64,000 nt of DNA from an uncultured Alphaproteobacteria bacterium (lineage in GTDB: Bacteria; Pseudomonadota; Alphaproteobacteria; Rhizobiales; Rhodomicrobiaceae), in assembly GCA_963766815.1 (NCBI GenBank), contig CAVYBZ010000025.1, positions 12,883 to 76,882 on the forward strand, written 5' to 3'. The notes beneath the pieces are model-generated. The model saw only the letters and a list, made by a program, of their open reading frames with translations. It had not been told where the DNA came from and did no database searches. Below are positions 23,874 through 31,938 of this stretch, in pieces; the stretch's first letter is position 1; each line of letters starts with the position of its first letter. The position numbers and the translations under genes were made by a program.

Positions 23874-24493
23874 TCCTGCGTAGCCGGAAGTTCTCTTTTC
23901 GCATGCCTTCGGCTTCGCGCTTTGTCCTGCCCGCGCGGCTTGGCGCCGCAAGGGAACGCGGCTCCCCCCTTCGCGGTGCGGGCTTACAACGCCGGACCTA
24001 ATAATCCAGGCGATCGGGAAGGCGTTTCGCAGCCTCTTTACTGGAAGACGCGTTTTTGAATCTCCGGCGCCGCCCTCGAAAACAGAGAGGGCCACGGGGC
24101 AGCCGAGCCCTCGCGTTAAGAAGGAGGCGAGGTCTTCGCGCGAATGACAGACCTCCCGGCTCCGTCGGCGATGAGCCGAAGCTTGCTTCCAGTGTTCAGG
24201 CGCGGGCGTCCAAGGCCGGGATGGGGTCGAAGGCTGGCTGAACGCCGCCGTTCCGGCCAGCGTCTGAGAAAGGTCAGTCATGCGGCACTCCCAAGTAATG
24301 GTCGATGCCGATGATTTTCGGGATGGGCTGGGCTTCACAGCCTTTCTTTCGGCGATCCGCCTTATGAACCAACCTCCCCGTAAGCCTAATTGGTAACGGT
24401 TAGGGTTCCACAACCTTTCGAATCTGTTAACGTCGACGCAAGCCTAAGGGGTGGAGAGGTCTAGATTTTCGCCATCGACGCGGACTGCACGCC

Positions 24494-25486
24494 ATGATGA
24501 CAAAGGGAAATCCCGTGCGCTTGCCGCAAGCCAATCCTGGATGCCTCCAGGTCATTGCCCCTGCCGGATTGGCCGCCGCCTACATCGCGGCGCAAAGGGA
24601 AGGGTGCACCAGGACGGACGCATGCGCGGCTCTTTCAGACTTCTTCGAAGCCGGACCAGTTTTTGAGGAAGCGGTGAAAGTTGCGCTGATCGGGGAGCGC
24701 GATGGCTTGCTTCACGCGGCGGCGCCGAGCGCCAACGGAGCAGGGCATCGGGCCGCAAGCTGGGCCGACGCAAAGCGAGATTTCGCCTTCCGCGCCCTTG
24801 GGTTCGAACCCGCCGCTGCAAAGGAAATCCGCGCGCCGAGAGATTTGCCGGCGGCCGCGCTGCGTCAGCTGTTCGGCTTGGATAGTCTTCCGCCTTCGGC
24901 CTCGCGAGCGGAGGTCCGTTGCGAGCTTCTCCGCCGCATCTTCGCTTCTTTCGGAGATCCGCTAGTAGCGCACGTTTCAAAACCGGCGAAGGCCTTCACC
25001 TTCGATCCGATGAGCCGCGGCATCTATCTCGCCTTCGCCGGGCTCAGCTCAGGCACGGTGCTCGACGCCGACGCCGCCCTGTTGTCGTCCGCCTTTGGCG
25101 GCCCCGCAGCGACCGTCGCCGAGCTTAGCGCGACTGTCATCCGCGCCGCGCTGAAAGCGAAAGGGGCGGCGGCGGAGAAAAAAGAGGAGGCTTTTAACTT
25201 GGACGGATTCGCTGAATCGGTCAGGAAGCTTGCCCGCAGGCTCGAAACCAAACCTTATGCCGGGCGCGTCGCGATCGCTCAAGTCTACGACGCCGGGCTT
25301 GCGGCAGGCTTGGAGCTTGGCACGCTCGACGAGTTCAAGCTGCAGCTTGCCGAAGCCGCTCGCGAAGGGCTTCTCGACCTCGAACGCTACGACATTACCG
25401 GCCCATTCGATGCAGGCCTGAAAGAGCGTTCGCGTTTGCGTCTTGGGCGCGATGAGCGTCACTTCATCGTCAACCAATGGATTTAG
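24494..25486 (+). CDS. Uncharacterised helical protein (possible C-terminal winged-helix-like domain), partner of the downstream ATPase
   Basis: 330-aa Ala-rich ORF with coding-like sequence; its stop overlaps the next start by 10 nt; no family recognised with certainty. Confidence 0.7.
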   Translation: MMTKGNPVRLPQANPGCLQVIAPAGLAAAYIAAQREGCTRTDACAALSDFFEAGPVFEEAVKVALIGERDGLLHAAAPSANGAGHRAASWADAKRDFAFRALGFEPAAAKEIRAPRDLPAAALRQLFGLDSLPPSASRAEVRCELLRRIFASFGDPLVAHVSKPAKAFTFDPMSRGIYLAFAGLSSGTVLDADAALLSSAFGGPAATVAELSATVIRAALKAKGAAAEKKEEAFNLDGFAESVRKLARRLETKPYAGRVAIAQVYDAGLAAGLELGTLDEFKLQLAEAAREGLLDLERYDITGPFDAGLKERSRLRLGRDERHFIVNQWI

Positions 25487-28400
25487 CGCCCAAAATCATG
25501 GATCTCCGCCTCCAGGCTTTCATCGGTCCTGAATTCGACCGCGTTTTCGGCGCCGTGGCTTCGCTCGCAGGCGCGGCGGACGAGGAGCGCGTCGACGTGC
25601 CTGAGATCGAGGCCGAGGCCAGCGACGCCATCGCCATGATCGCGTCTCAGGCGCGCGGATTGAATCCCGACCCGGCGTCCCGCATCCTTCTCATCAAGGG
25701 CGCGACCGGAACGGGAAAAACGCACACGCTTCTGACCGCCATCCGGCGCATGCACCAGGAGGGCGGGGTCTATGCGGCGCTGTTTCCGATGGTCGATCTC
25801 GTCGCCGAAAAGGATCTCGACGCTTGGCTGTTGCGCGCGCTTGTCTCGCGCCTGCAGGAGCGCTACCTCGTGGCGTCGGGGACGCCCTCGCCTCTGGCGC
25901 GGCTTGCGGAGGCCGTCCTTCACCGGGGACAGCCGGATTTGGCGTCGGCATTCCGGCGCGACGTGTTGGGCGATGGCGGCGACGTTCGCGACTTCGATCT
26001 GCGGCCGCTGATCGTCTCGATACGGACCAAGCTTCAGAAGCTCTCACATCTTCCCGTGCCCTCCGAGGCGTTCATGACGGCGCTGCTTGGAGCGGCGGCA
26101 GGAGACGACGATTCCTTCGCCTACCTTCGCGGTCAGCCGCTGAATGTGAGCATTGGCGGGGTACGCCTCACACAGTTCGCCGAGGACCACATCGCGCGCG
26201 CGCATATCGACGCGCTTGCGAACGTAATCGGCGCAACCGGCGGCGCTCTCTTTCTCGCCTTCGACCAGCTTGAGCAGAGCCGCGTGCAAGGGTGGGAGCA
26301 GCGGTTGCGGCACCTGTTCAGCAGAGGCGCGCTACTTGCGGAAACGCTGCCCCCGCTGTGTGTCGCGTATGCCGTGCTGCCCGCGCTCTACGATACCATT
26401 TCCGCAGGAATTGACGGTTCCATCCGCGACCGCATCGAGCGTTTCGGCGCGCTTCCCGTGCGATTGAGGCCGCTGGCCCGGCGTCAGGTCGAGGCGCTGC
26501 TGAAGCGCAGGCTCGCCGAGCTTTTCGAACGCTGCGGCGCCAAGGCCGACCCGGCCGAGCCCCTCTATCCTTTTCCGGCCTGGATGCTCGCTGAGCTTGG
26601 CGGGCAAACGTCACGCTATGTTTTTGAGCTCATCCAGCAATTCCGGCGCATCTATATGGCCACGGGCGCGCTGCCTGCGCTGGAGGACATGCCGCCTCCG
26701 CCTATCGTATCGAGCGACGCCCCCGCCCCCATCCCGGTTGTTGCGGCCACGACGAATTTCGACGACAAATGGCATGGCGAGCTGACCTCCAGAACAGTTC
26801 AGCCGTCGGTCGGCAACGGCATCCAGCAAGCCGAGATCCTCGAATGGGCCGTGCAGGCGTCGGCCGTGGAGATCGATGGCGTGACGGCCATCAAGACGCG
26901 GCGCAGCGTGCGGGGCCGCGCTGGCACCGTAGTGATCGAGGCCGATTTCCAGAACAATGGGCAGAGCGTCGAGCGCCGGGAAATCGCGCTCTGCAACGAG
27001 GCTCGCGGCGCGCCCCTTGCCGAGGAAATCCGGCTGTTTCTGCGCAGCGTGAACGGCGCGCGGCCCGTCATTGTGCGCCCGCGCGGCGGACGGCTTCCGC
27101 GCTCGGGCCGGTTCATCGCGCCGCTTATCAGGGACGCGGAGGAGATGCAATCGATCATCGTTCCGCAATTCGAGATGCTGTCTTGGGAGCGCCTCGATTC
27201 CGCGCGCCACTTCTTCAGGAATTTCAAGGACGCCGCCGGCTTCGAGGCTTGGCAGCGCGACGCCCGCCCGCTGACGAAAACGGCGGCGCTCTCGGATATC
27301 GTCCAGTATCCCTATATCAAAGCCGCCGATGACGAGGAGGCCGAGGAGGAGGCGCCCGAGCAGGCCGCGCCGCCTCCGCCGCCCGAGCCTCGCCGTAAGG
27401 CGCCCGCCGCACAGTCGGTCATGCTGGGCGTGCATGAGGATGGCGGGCAGGTGCATTGGGCGCCGTTCGAGACCGAGGCGAAGCTCCTGAATTTCGGCAT
27501 CCTGATCACGGGCGATCCAGGCTCGGGCAAAACGCAGACGCTGAATGTCTTGATCGACGGCGTCGCGGGGATGGGCTTCCCGGTCTGCATTTTCGACTTC
27601 AAGAACGACTATTCGGAGCGCGGTTTCGTGCAGCGGATCGGGCTCAAGGTGCACGATGTGCGCCGCTATGGCATCCCCTTCAATCCGCTGATGCCAAGCG
27701 CCAGCGACGATGGCCAGGCTCAGCCCATCGAGCATATTTTCACCATCACGGGCGTGCTGAAGCGCGTGTTCGGCTTGGGCGACCGGCAAACGGCGACTTT
27801 GCGCGACGCCATGAAGGAAGCGTTCGAGAGGCGCGGCGTCAATCCGCAAAAGTGGGTTCACGCGGACAGCCTGCGGCCTCCGAGCTTCGACGACGTGGTC
27901 GCCATCCTGGAGGAGCAAAAGGAGGCGCGGCATCCGCAGGCGATCAGCCTGCTCGACCGCATCGCGCCGCTGTTCGAGCTGGGCCTGTTCCCGAAGTCGG
28001 ACGAGTTGCCGGTGCCTTTCGAGGCCATGCTGGACGAGCGGATGGTGCTGTCGCTGTTCGCGCTTCCGACCGACGAGATCAAGGCGGCGCTCGCCGAGCT
28101 GATCATCATCCGGCTCCACGGCGTTCTCCTGCGCCGGGTGCAGCCCCGCAAGCTCACGCGGCTGCTCGTGGTGGATGAAGCGTGGCGCGTCGCCAGCAGC
28201 GCGCATCTTGAGAGCCTGGCCCGTGAAGGCCGCGCCTTCGGAGCCGGTATCGCCATCGGCACGCAATATCCAGGCGACTTGCCGGCCGATCTATCGGGCG
28301 CGCTGGACACCAAGATCTATCTCAAGAACCAGCAGCCGGATCACAAAAAGGCGGTTGTGCGGGCGCTGTGCGGAGCGAATTCCGGTCCCGACGCGGCGCA

Positions 28401-28527
28401 TCTGCACGGCGTTTTGGAGCGCCTGACCCAGTTCGAGGGGCTGATCCAGAACCAGCAATATCTCCCCTATGCGCGCTTCAAGCTGGTGCCCTATTTCGCC
28501 AGGGTCGAGCGGACGAAGGCCGCTTAG
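25477..28527 (+). CDS. Dual P-loop ATPase: N-terminal AAA+-like domain fused to a C-terminal HerA/FtsK-like (DUF87/DptH-like) ATPase
   Basis: Walker A GATGTGKT (25699-25722) with Walker B-like LAFDQLE; second Walker A GDPGSGKT (27511-27534), IFDFKNDY, Walker B LLVVDEAW and HerA-type AREGRAFG/GTQ motifs; acidic/Pro linker before the second domain. Confidence 0.85.
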   Translation: MDLAPKIMDLRLQAFIGPEFDRVFGAVASLAGAADEERVDVPEIEAEASDAIAMIASQARGLNPDPASRILLIKGATGTGKTHTLLTAIRRMHQEGGVYAALFPMVDLVAEKDLDAWLLRALVSRLQERYLVASGTPSPLARLAEAVLHRGQPDLASAFRRDVLGDGGDVRDFDLRPLIVSIRTKLQKLSHLPVPSEAFMTALLGAAAGDDDSFAYLRGQPLNVSIGGVRLTQFAEDHIARAHIDALANVIGATGGALFLAFDQLEQSRVQGWEQRLRHLFSRGALLAETLPPLCVAYAVLPALYDTISAGIDGSIRDRIERFGALPVRLRPLARRQVEALLKRRLAELFERCGAKADPAEPLYPFPAWMLAELGGQTSRYVFELIQQFRRIYMATGALPALEDMPPPPIVSSDAPAPIPVVAATTNFDDKWHGELTSRTVQPSVGNGIQQAEILEWAVQASAVEIDGVTAIKTRRSVRGRAGTVVIEADFQNNGQSVERREIALCNEARGAPLAEEIRLFLRSVNGARPVIVRPRGGRLPRSGRFIAPLIRDAEEMQSIIVPQFEMLSWERLDSARHFFRNFKDAAGFEAWQRDARPLTKTAALSDIVQYPYIKAADDEEAEEEAPEQAAPPPPPEPRRKAPAAQSVMLGVHEDGGQVHWAPFETEAKLLNFGILITGDPGSGKTQTLNVLIDGVAGMGFPVCIFDFKNDYSERGFVQRIGLKVHDVRRYGIPFNPLMPSASDDGQAQPIEHIFTITGVLKRVFGLGDRQTATLRDAMKEAFERRGVNPQKWVHADSLRPPSFDDVVAILEEQKEARHPQAISLLDRIAPLFELGLFPKSDELPVPFEAMLDERMVLSLFALPTDEIKAALAELIIIRLHGVLLRRVQPRKLTRLLVVDEAWRVASSAHLESLAREGRAFGAGIAIGTQYPGDLPADLSGALDTKIYLKNQQPDHKKAVVRALCGANSGPDAAHLHGVLERLTQFEGLIQNQQYLPYARFKLVPYFARVERTKAA

Positions 28528-29090
28528 TTCGTCCCTGGTTGCCGCCGCCTCTTAACCCGATGATAACCGCGATATTTTGCATTTGAAATCCGCTTTTAAA
28601 AATGGCCAGCTTCTCAATCGATGCGAGTAGGATAGCCGAAAGCCCCTTACCGAACCGTAACCTTAGGTTTTTCAGAGGCTTACAAGGTGGAGCGACGTCT
28701 TTGCATCAAGTTGTGGAAACCGGGCTCGCAACCCCAGGCTGGGATTTACGGTTAATCCGCGCAACTATCTATATTTAACGGACTTTTGCGAGTCCCTTTT
28801 TCGCGGGTTAAGCGCATTTTTCCCGCAAAATCGGGCAGGAAAGTATTGCCGCGCGCCGCCGTTAAGCATGATGATTTTAACCATGTTCCCGCTTGAGCGC
28901 GCATTTGGCCGGATTATGCTTCTCAATAGATATCGCCGATGACCCTGCCACGAAATCATCGGCCGGTTTTGTTATGAGGATGATGTCTCTGGCTTTAGCT
29001 TTTAGCGGGGTATCATGCAATGCGTTGACCGCAGCCCAGATAGAGCTATCTTTTCCCGACGCAACACCTTAGCCGGGCTGGCCTTCTTCC

Positions 29091-30281
29091 ATGGCGGACA
29101 TTTTCATCTCCTACGCGCGCTCCGACCGCGATACCGCAAGGCGGCTCGCGGCCTATCTCAAAGATTCCGGCCTCAGCGTCTGGTGGGACATGAGCCTCAA
29201 GCCGGGCGAGGTGTTCCGCGAGGAGATCGAGCGGCGCATCGGCGAGGCGCGGCACGTGATCGTGCTGTGGTCCGAGACTTCGGTGAAATCGCATTTCGTG
29301 CTGGACGAAGCGGGCGAGGCGGCGCGGCAGAATAAGCTCGTGCCGCTGCGCATCGACGGCTGCAAGCTGCCTTTGGGCTTCGGCCAGCATCATACGCATA
29401 CGGTGAGCGCTTGGCCCGGCGATCTGGCGCCCGTGCTGGCGGTTGTCGGCAGCGGCAAGGTGCCCGCCCAATCCGCATCGGCTTCGGTCCAAACCGCTCA
29501 AGATTTCTTCAAGAGCGCTTACGCCGCCAAAGATGCGGGAGATTTCGACCAAGCGATTTCCGACTACAGCGAAGCGATACGCCTGAAGCCGGATGACGCA
29601 ATCGCCTACAACAATCGCGGCAACGCCTTTCTTGCGAAAGGCGATAATGACCGGGCCATCGCCGATTACGATCAAGCGATACGCCTGAAGCCGGATGACG
29701 CAATCGCCTACAACAATCGCGGCAACGCCTTTCTTGCGAAAGGCGATAATGACCGGGCCATCGCCGATTACGATCAAGCGATACGCCTGAAGCCGGATTA
29801 CGCGGACGCCTACTACAATCGCGGCAACGCCTATTACGCGAAAGGCGACAAGGACCGAGCCATCGCCGATTACGATCAAGCGATACGCCTGAAGCCGGAT
29901 GACGCAAGGCCCTACAACAATCGCGGCAACGCCTATCACGCGAAAGGCGACCATGACAGCGCCATCGCCGATTACGATCAAGCGATCCGACTACAGCCGG
30001 ATTACGCACCCGCCTACTGCAATCGCGGCAACGCCTATCACGCGAAAGGCGACCATGACAGCGCCATCGCCGATTACGATCAAGCGATCCGCCTGAAACC
30101 GGATGATGCAGACGCCTACAACGGGCGCGGCCTCTCCTATTACCGCAAAGGGGATTATGCGCGAGCGATCAGCGATTATGATCGGGCGCTCGGGATCGAT
30201 CCCAATCACAAGCTGGTCGCAGAGAATAAGGCGCTTGCGGAGAAGAAGCTTGCGAAGGCCAAGAAGAAGGGTTGGTTTTAG
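29091..30281 (+). CDS. TIR domain protein with seven C-terminal TPRs
   Basis: N-terminal DIFISYARSD...VWWD...IVLWSETSVKSHFVLDEA (TIR_2-type, catalytic-position Glu retained); seven 34-aa repeats of type AYNNRGNA..AKGD.D.AIADYDQAIRLKPD. Confidence 0.9.
   Translation: MADIFISYARSDRDTARRLAAYLKDSGLSVWWDMSLKPGEVFREEIERRIGEARHVIVLWSETSVKSHFVLDEAGEAARQNKLVPLRIDGCKLPLGFGQHHTHTVSAWPGDLAPVLAVVGSGKVPAQSASASVQTAQDFFKSAYAAKDAGDFDQAISDYSEAIRLKPDDAIAYNNRGNAFLAKGDNDRAIADYDQAIRLKPDDAIAYNNRGNAFLAKGDNDRAIADYDQAIRLKPDYADAYYNRGNAYYAKGDKDRAIADYDQAIRLKPDDARPYNNRGNAYHAKGDHDSAIADYDQAIRLQPDYAPAYCNRGNAYHAKGDHDSAIADYDQAIRLKPDDADAYNGRGLSYYRKGDYARAISDYDRALGIDPNHKLVAENKALAEKKLAKAKKKGWF
29496..30209 (+). repeat. Coding tandem repeat, 7 x 102 nt (TPR units)
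   Basis: 102-nt periodicity; 29572-29798 is a perfect period-102 duplication. Confidence 0.9.
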
Positions 30282-30345
30282 GGCGCGGGCTTGCCGCCGC
30301 TTGCTCAATCGCTTTTCCAAGCGCCCCGTGCTAGAACACTATACA

Positions 30346-30594
30346 ATGACAGACCTCTTGCAAAACGCCTTCGAAACCGTGCGCCGCCTGCCGCCAGAGG
30401 CGCAGGATCAGATCGCGGAAGCCATATTGGCGCTGGCCACCGGAGGGGCGGCGCCGGATCGCGCGTTGTTCCAGGTCTGCCCCGAGGTGGATGCCGAGTT
30501 TCTTGCGCGCCTCGACGAGCCGCAGCAGCCCAATGAGCGTTTACGAAAAACCATGCAGGCGTCCATTCATATCTATCTATTGAAAAGGAATAGC
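30346..30594 (+). pseudogene. Chimeric antitoxin-like remnants (small helical antitoxin-like N-terminus plus DUF1778/TacA-like C-terminal fragment)
   Basis: MTDLLQNAFETVRRLPPEAQDQIAEAILALA followed in frame by LFQVCPEVDAEFLARLDEPQQPNERLRKTMQ, which resembles the DUF1778 C-terminus; reads through into the CopG gene. Confidence 0.45.
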
Positions 30595-30870
30595 ATGGCA
30601 GGCCCCGACACCGCAGAGCTGACGGCACATGTGCCCTTGGCGCTGGCCGAGAAAATCGACCGGCTCGCGGAACGGGATGAACGCTCGCGCGCCTCGATCG
30701 TCAAGGAAGCGCTGATCGCCTGGGTCGAGCAGGAAGAAGAGCGCGACCGGCTGACCCGCGAGGCCCTGGCCGATGTGGACGCCGGGCGGTTAATCGATCA
30801 TCGGGACGTGCAATCATGGGCCGATAGCCTCGGCGCCGGGGAGCCGAAGCCGCTTCCGGCCGCCCGGTGA
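30595..30870 (+). CDS. CopG/ribbon-helix-helix antitoxin (ParD-like)
   Basis: AAAAGGAA RBS then ATG 30595; LTAHVPLALAEKIDRLAERDERSRASIVKEAL...EALADVDAGRLIDH; its TGA overlaps the toxin ATG. Confidence 0.8.
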   Translation: MAGPDTAELTAHVPLALAEKIDRLAERDERSRASIVKEALIAWVEQEEERDRLTREALADVDAGRLIDHRDVQSWADSLGAGEPKPLPAAR

Positions 30871-31123
30871 TGGATGTCCAGTGGACAAGCGAGGGCACGA
30901 TTTTCTGGCGCCGGTAAACAAGCTTGCGGCGGCGCGCGTCGCGCAATCGCTGACGGCGGCGGCGTCCAAGCTCCCCGCCAACCCTCGTATCGGCAGGAAG
31001 CTGGAGCAGTTCGAACCGCGCGAGGTTCGCCGCATCTTCGCCGGCGATTACGAAATGCGCTATGAAATCGCGGGATCGACGATCTACGTGCTCAGAATTT
31101 GGCATACGAAAGAAAATCGCTGA
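30870..31123 (+). pseudogene. RelE/ParE family toxin with a frameshifting deletion near the N-terminus
   Basis: ATG 30870 gives MDVQWTSE; the rest (HDFLAPVNK...NPRIGRKLE...EMRYEI...VLRIWHTKENR) is in another frame, and the usual helix between them appears to be missing. Confidence 0.75.
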
Positions 31124-31224
31124 GCTGCGGGCAGTCTCAGTGCAGCCGTCGCGAACCGGCGGCCGCCGTTGATTTGCCGTATCCGCCAGCATAATGTGAC
31201 TGCGACATGGCTGGGAGCGCTCGC

Positions 31225-31560
31225 ATGGACGTTGCAGCTCAAATCGCCGATCTCACGCGCCGCGTCGCCGCGCTCGAAGCGGAAGCCGAAGGGCAGCAGC
31301 GTTACAATGCGCGAATTCTCCGGATGCTTACCGAATTGCGCGACGACGTGGCTATCCTGCGCACGCATGCCGTTGGACTCGGCCAAAGGTTCGATGCGCT
31401 GGAGGCCAAGGTCGAAAGGCTGGACGCCAAGTTCGATGGGCTGGAGGCGAAGGCCGGATCGCTGGAGGCCAAGGTCTCGGCGGAGATTGGCGGCCTTCGC
31501 CGCGATCTGCCTGGCATCATCGCCGAGACCATGCGCGAGGTGCTGCGGGAACGGAAATAG
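31225..31560 (+). CDS. Small coiled-coil hypothetical protein
   Basis: GGGAG RBS before ATG 31225 (alternative start 31207); heptad repeats LEAKVERLDAKFDGLEAKAGSLEAKV. Confidence 0.65.
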   Translation: MDVAAQIADLTRRVAALEAEAEGQQRYNARILRMLTELRDDVAILRTHAVGLGQRFDALEAKVERLDAKFDGLEAKAGSLEAKVSAEIGGLRRDLPGIIAETMREVLRERK

Positions 31561-31847
31561 GCCTTTCCGCGCCATCTAGCACACCTCAATGGATACCACC
31601 CTCAGACTCCCCTCTGACTAAGTCTCTATTGGCAGGCGGGGGGCTCGTTGTAATTGATCTGGCGCCGCGGCTGAATGTTATCCGGATAGCCAGAAAAAGG
31701 CCGCATAACTTGTGCGGAATAGTGTTTTCCCTGTGGTTATCGCGCCACGTTCGTCAAAATTTGGCCATCTTCTGCAAAATCCAAGCAAAAGTGATTTTTT
31801 TGTAACAAAACTCACGCGAAATCAGACATCCTGACAAAGGTAAATAC

Positions 31848-31862
31848 GTTCAATGGTTGTCC
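31848..31862 (+). promoter_or_regulatory. Possible alphaproteobacterial LexA (SOS) box
   Basis: GTTC-N7-GTCC, one mismatch to GTTC-N7-GTTC, upstream of a DNA-repair-associated gene; one-mismatch hits are common by chance. Confidence 0.3.
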
Positions 31863-31938
31863 GTTGTGAGCTGTTAGTCCGGACAGAGTGCGGTTCACGG
31901 CTTGAGTATATCGCCGGTCCGCCTGAAGGGCAGACATT

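Noticed and set aside
23880-24290. Minus-strand ORF starting MTDLSQTLAG with a GGGAG RBS
   Set aside because: The sequence is low-complexity, runs antisense into rplQ and has no recognisable homology; cannot be supported as a gene.
26611-28266. 551-aa antisense ORF within the dual ATPase gene
   Set aside because: A shadow ORF typical of high-GC coding DNA; no recognisable motifs.
29046-30009. Repetitive antisense ORFs (311 aa and 166 aa)
   Set aside because: Mirror images of the TPR repeats; no independent evidence of coding.
29496-30209. Regular direct repeats that could suggest a CRISPR array
   Set aside because: The period is 102 nt with no unique spacers, the units are in frame and encode TPRs, and there are no cas genes.
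23874-31938. Prophage or integrative element explanation for the island
   Set aside because: No integrase, transposase, phage structural genes, tRNA target or att-like direct repeats were found.
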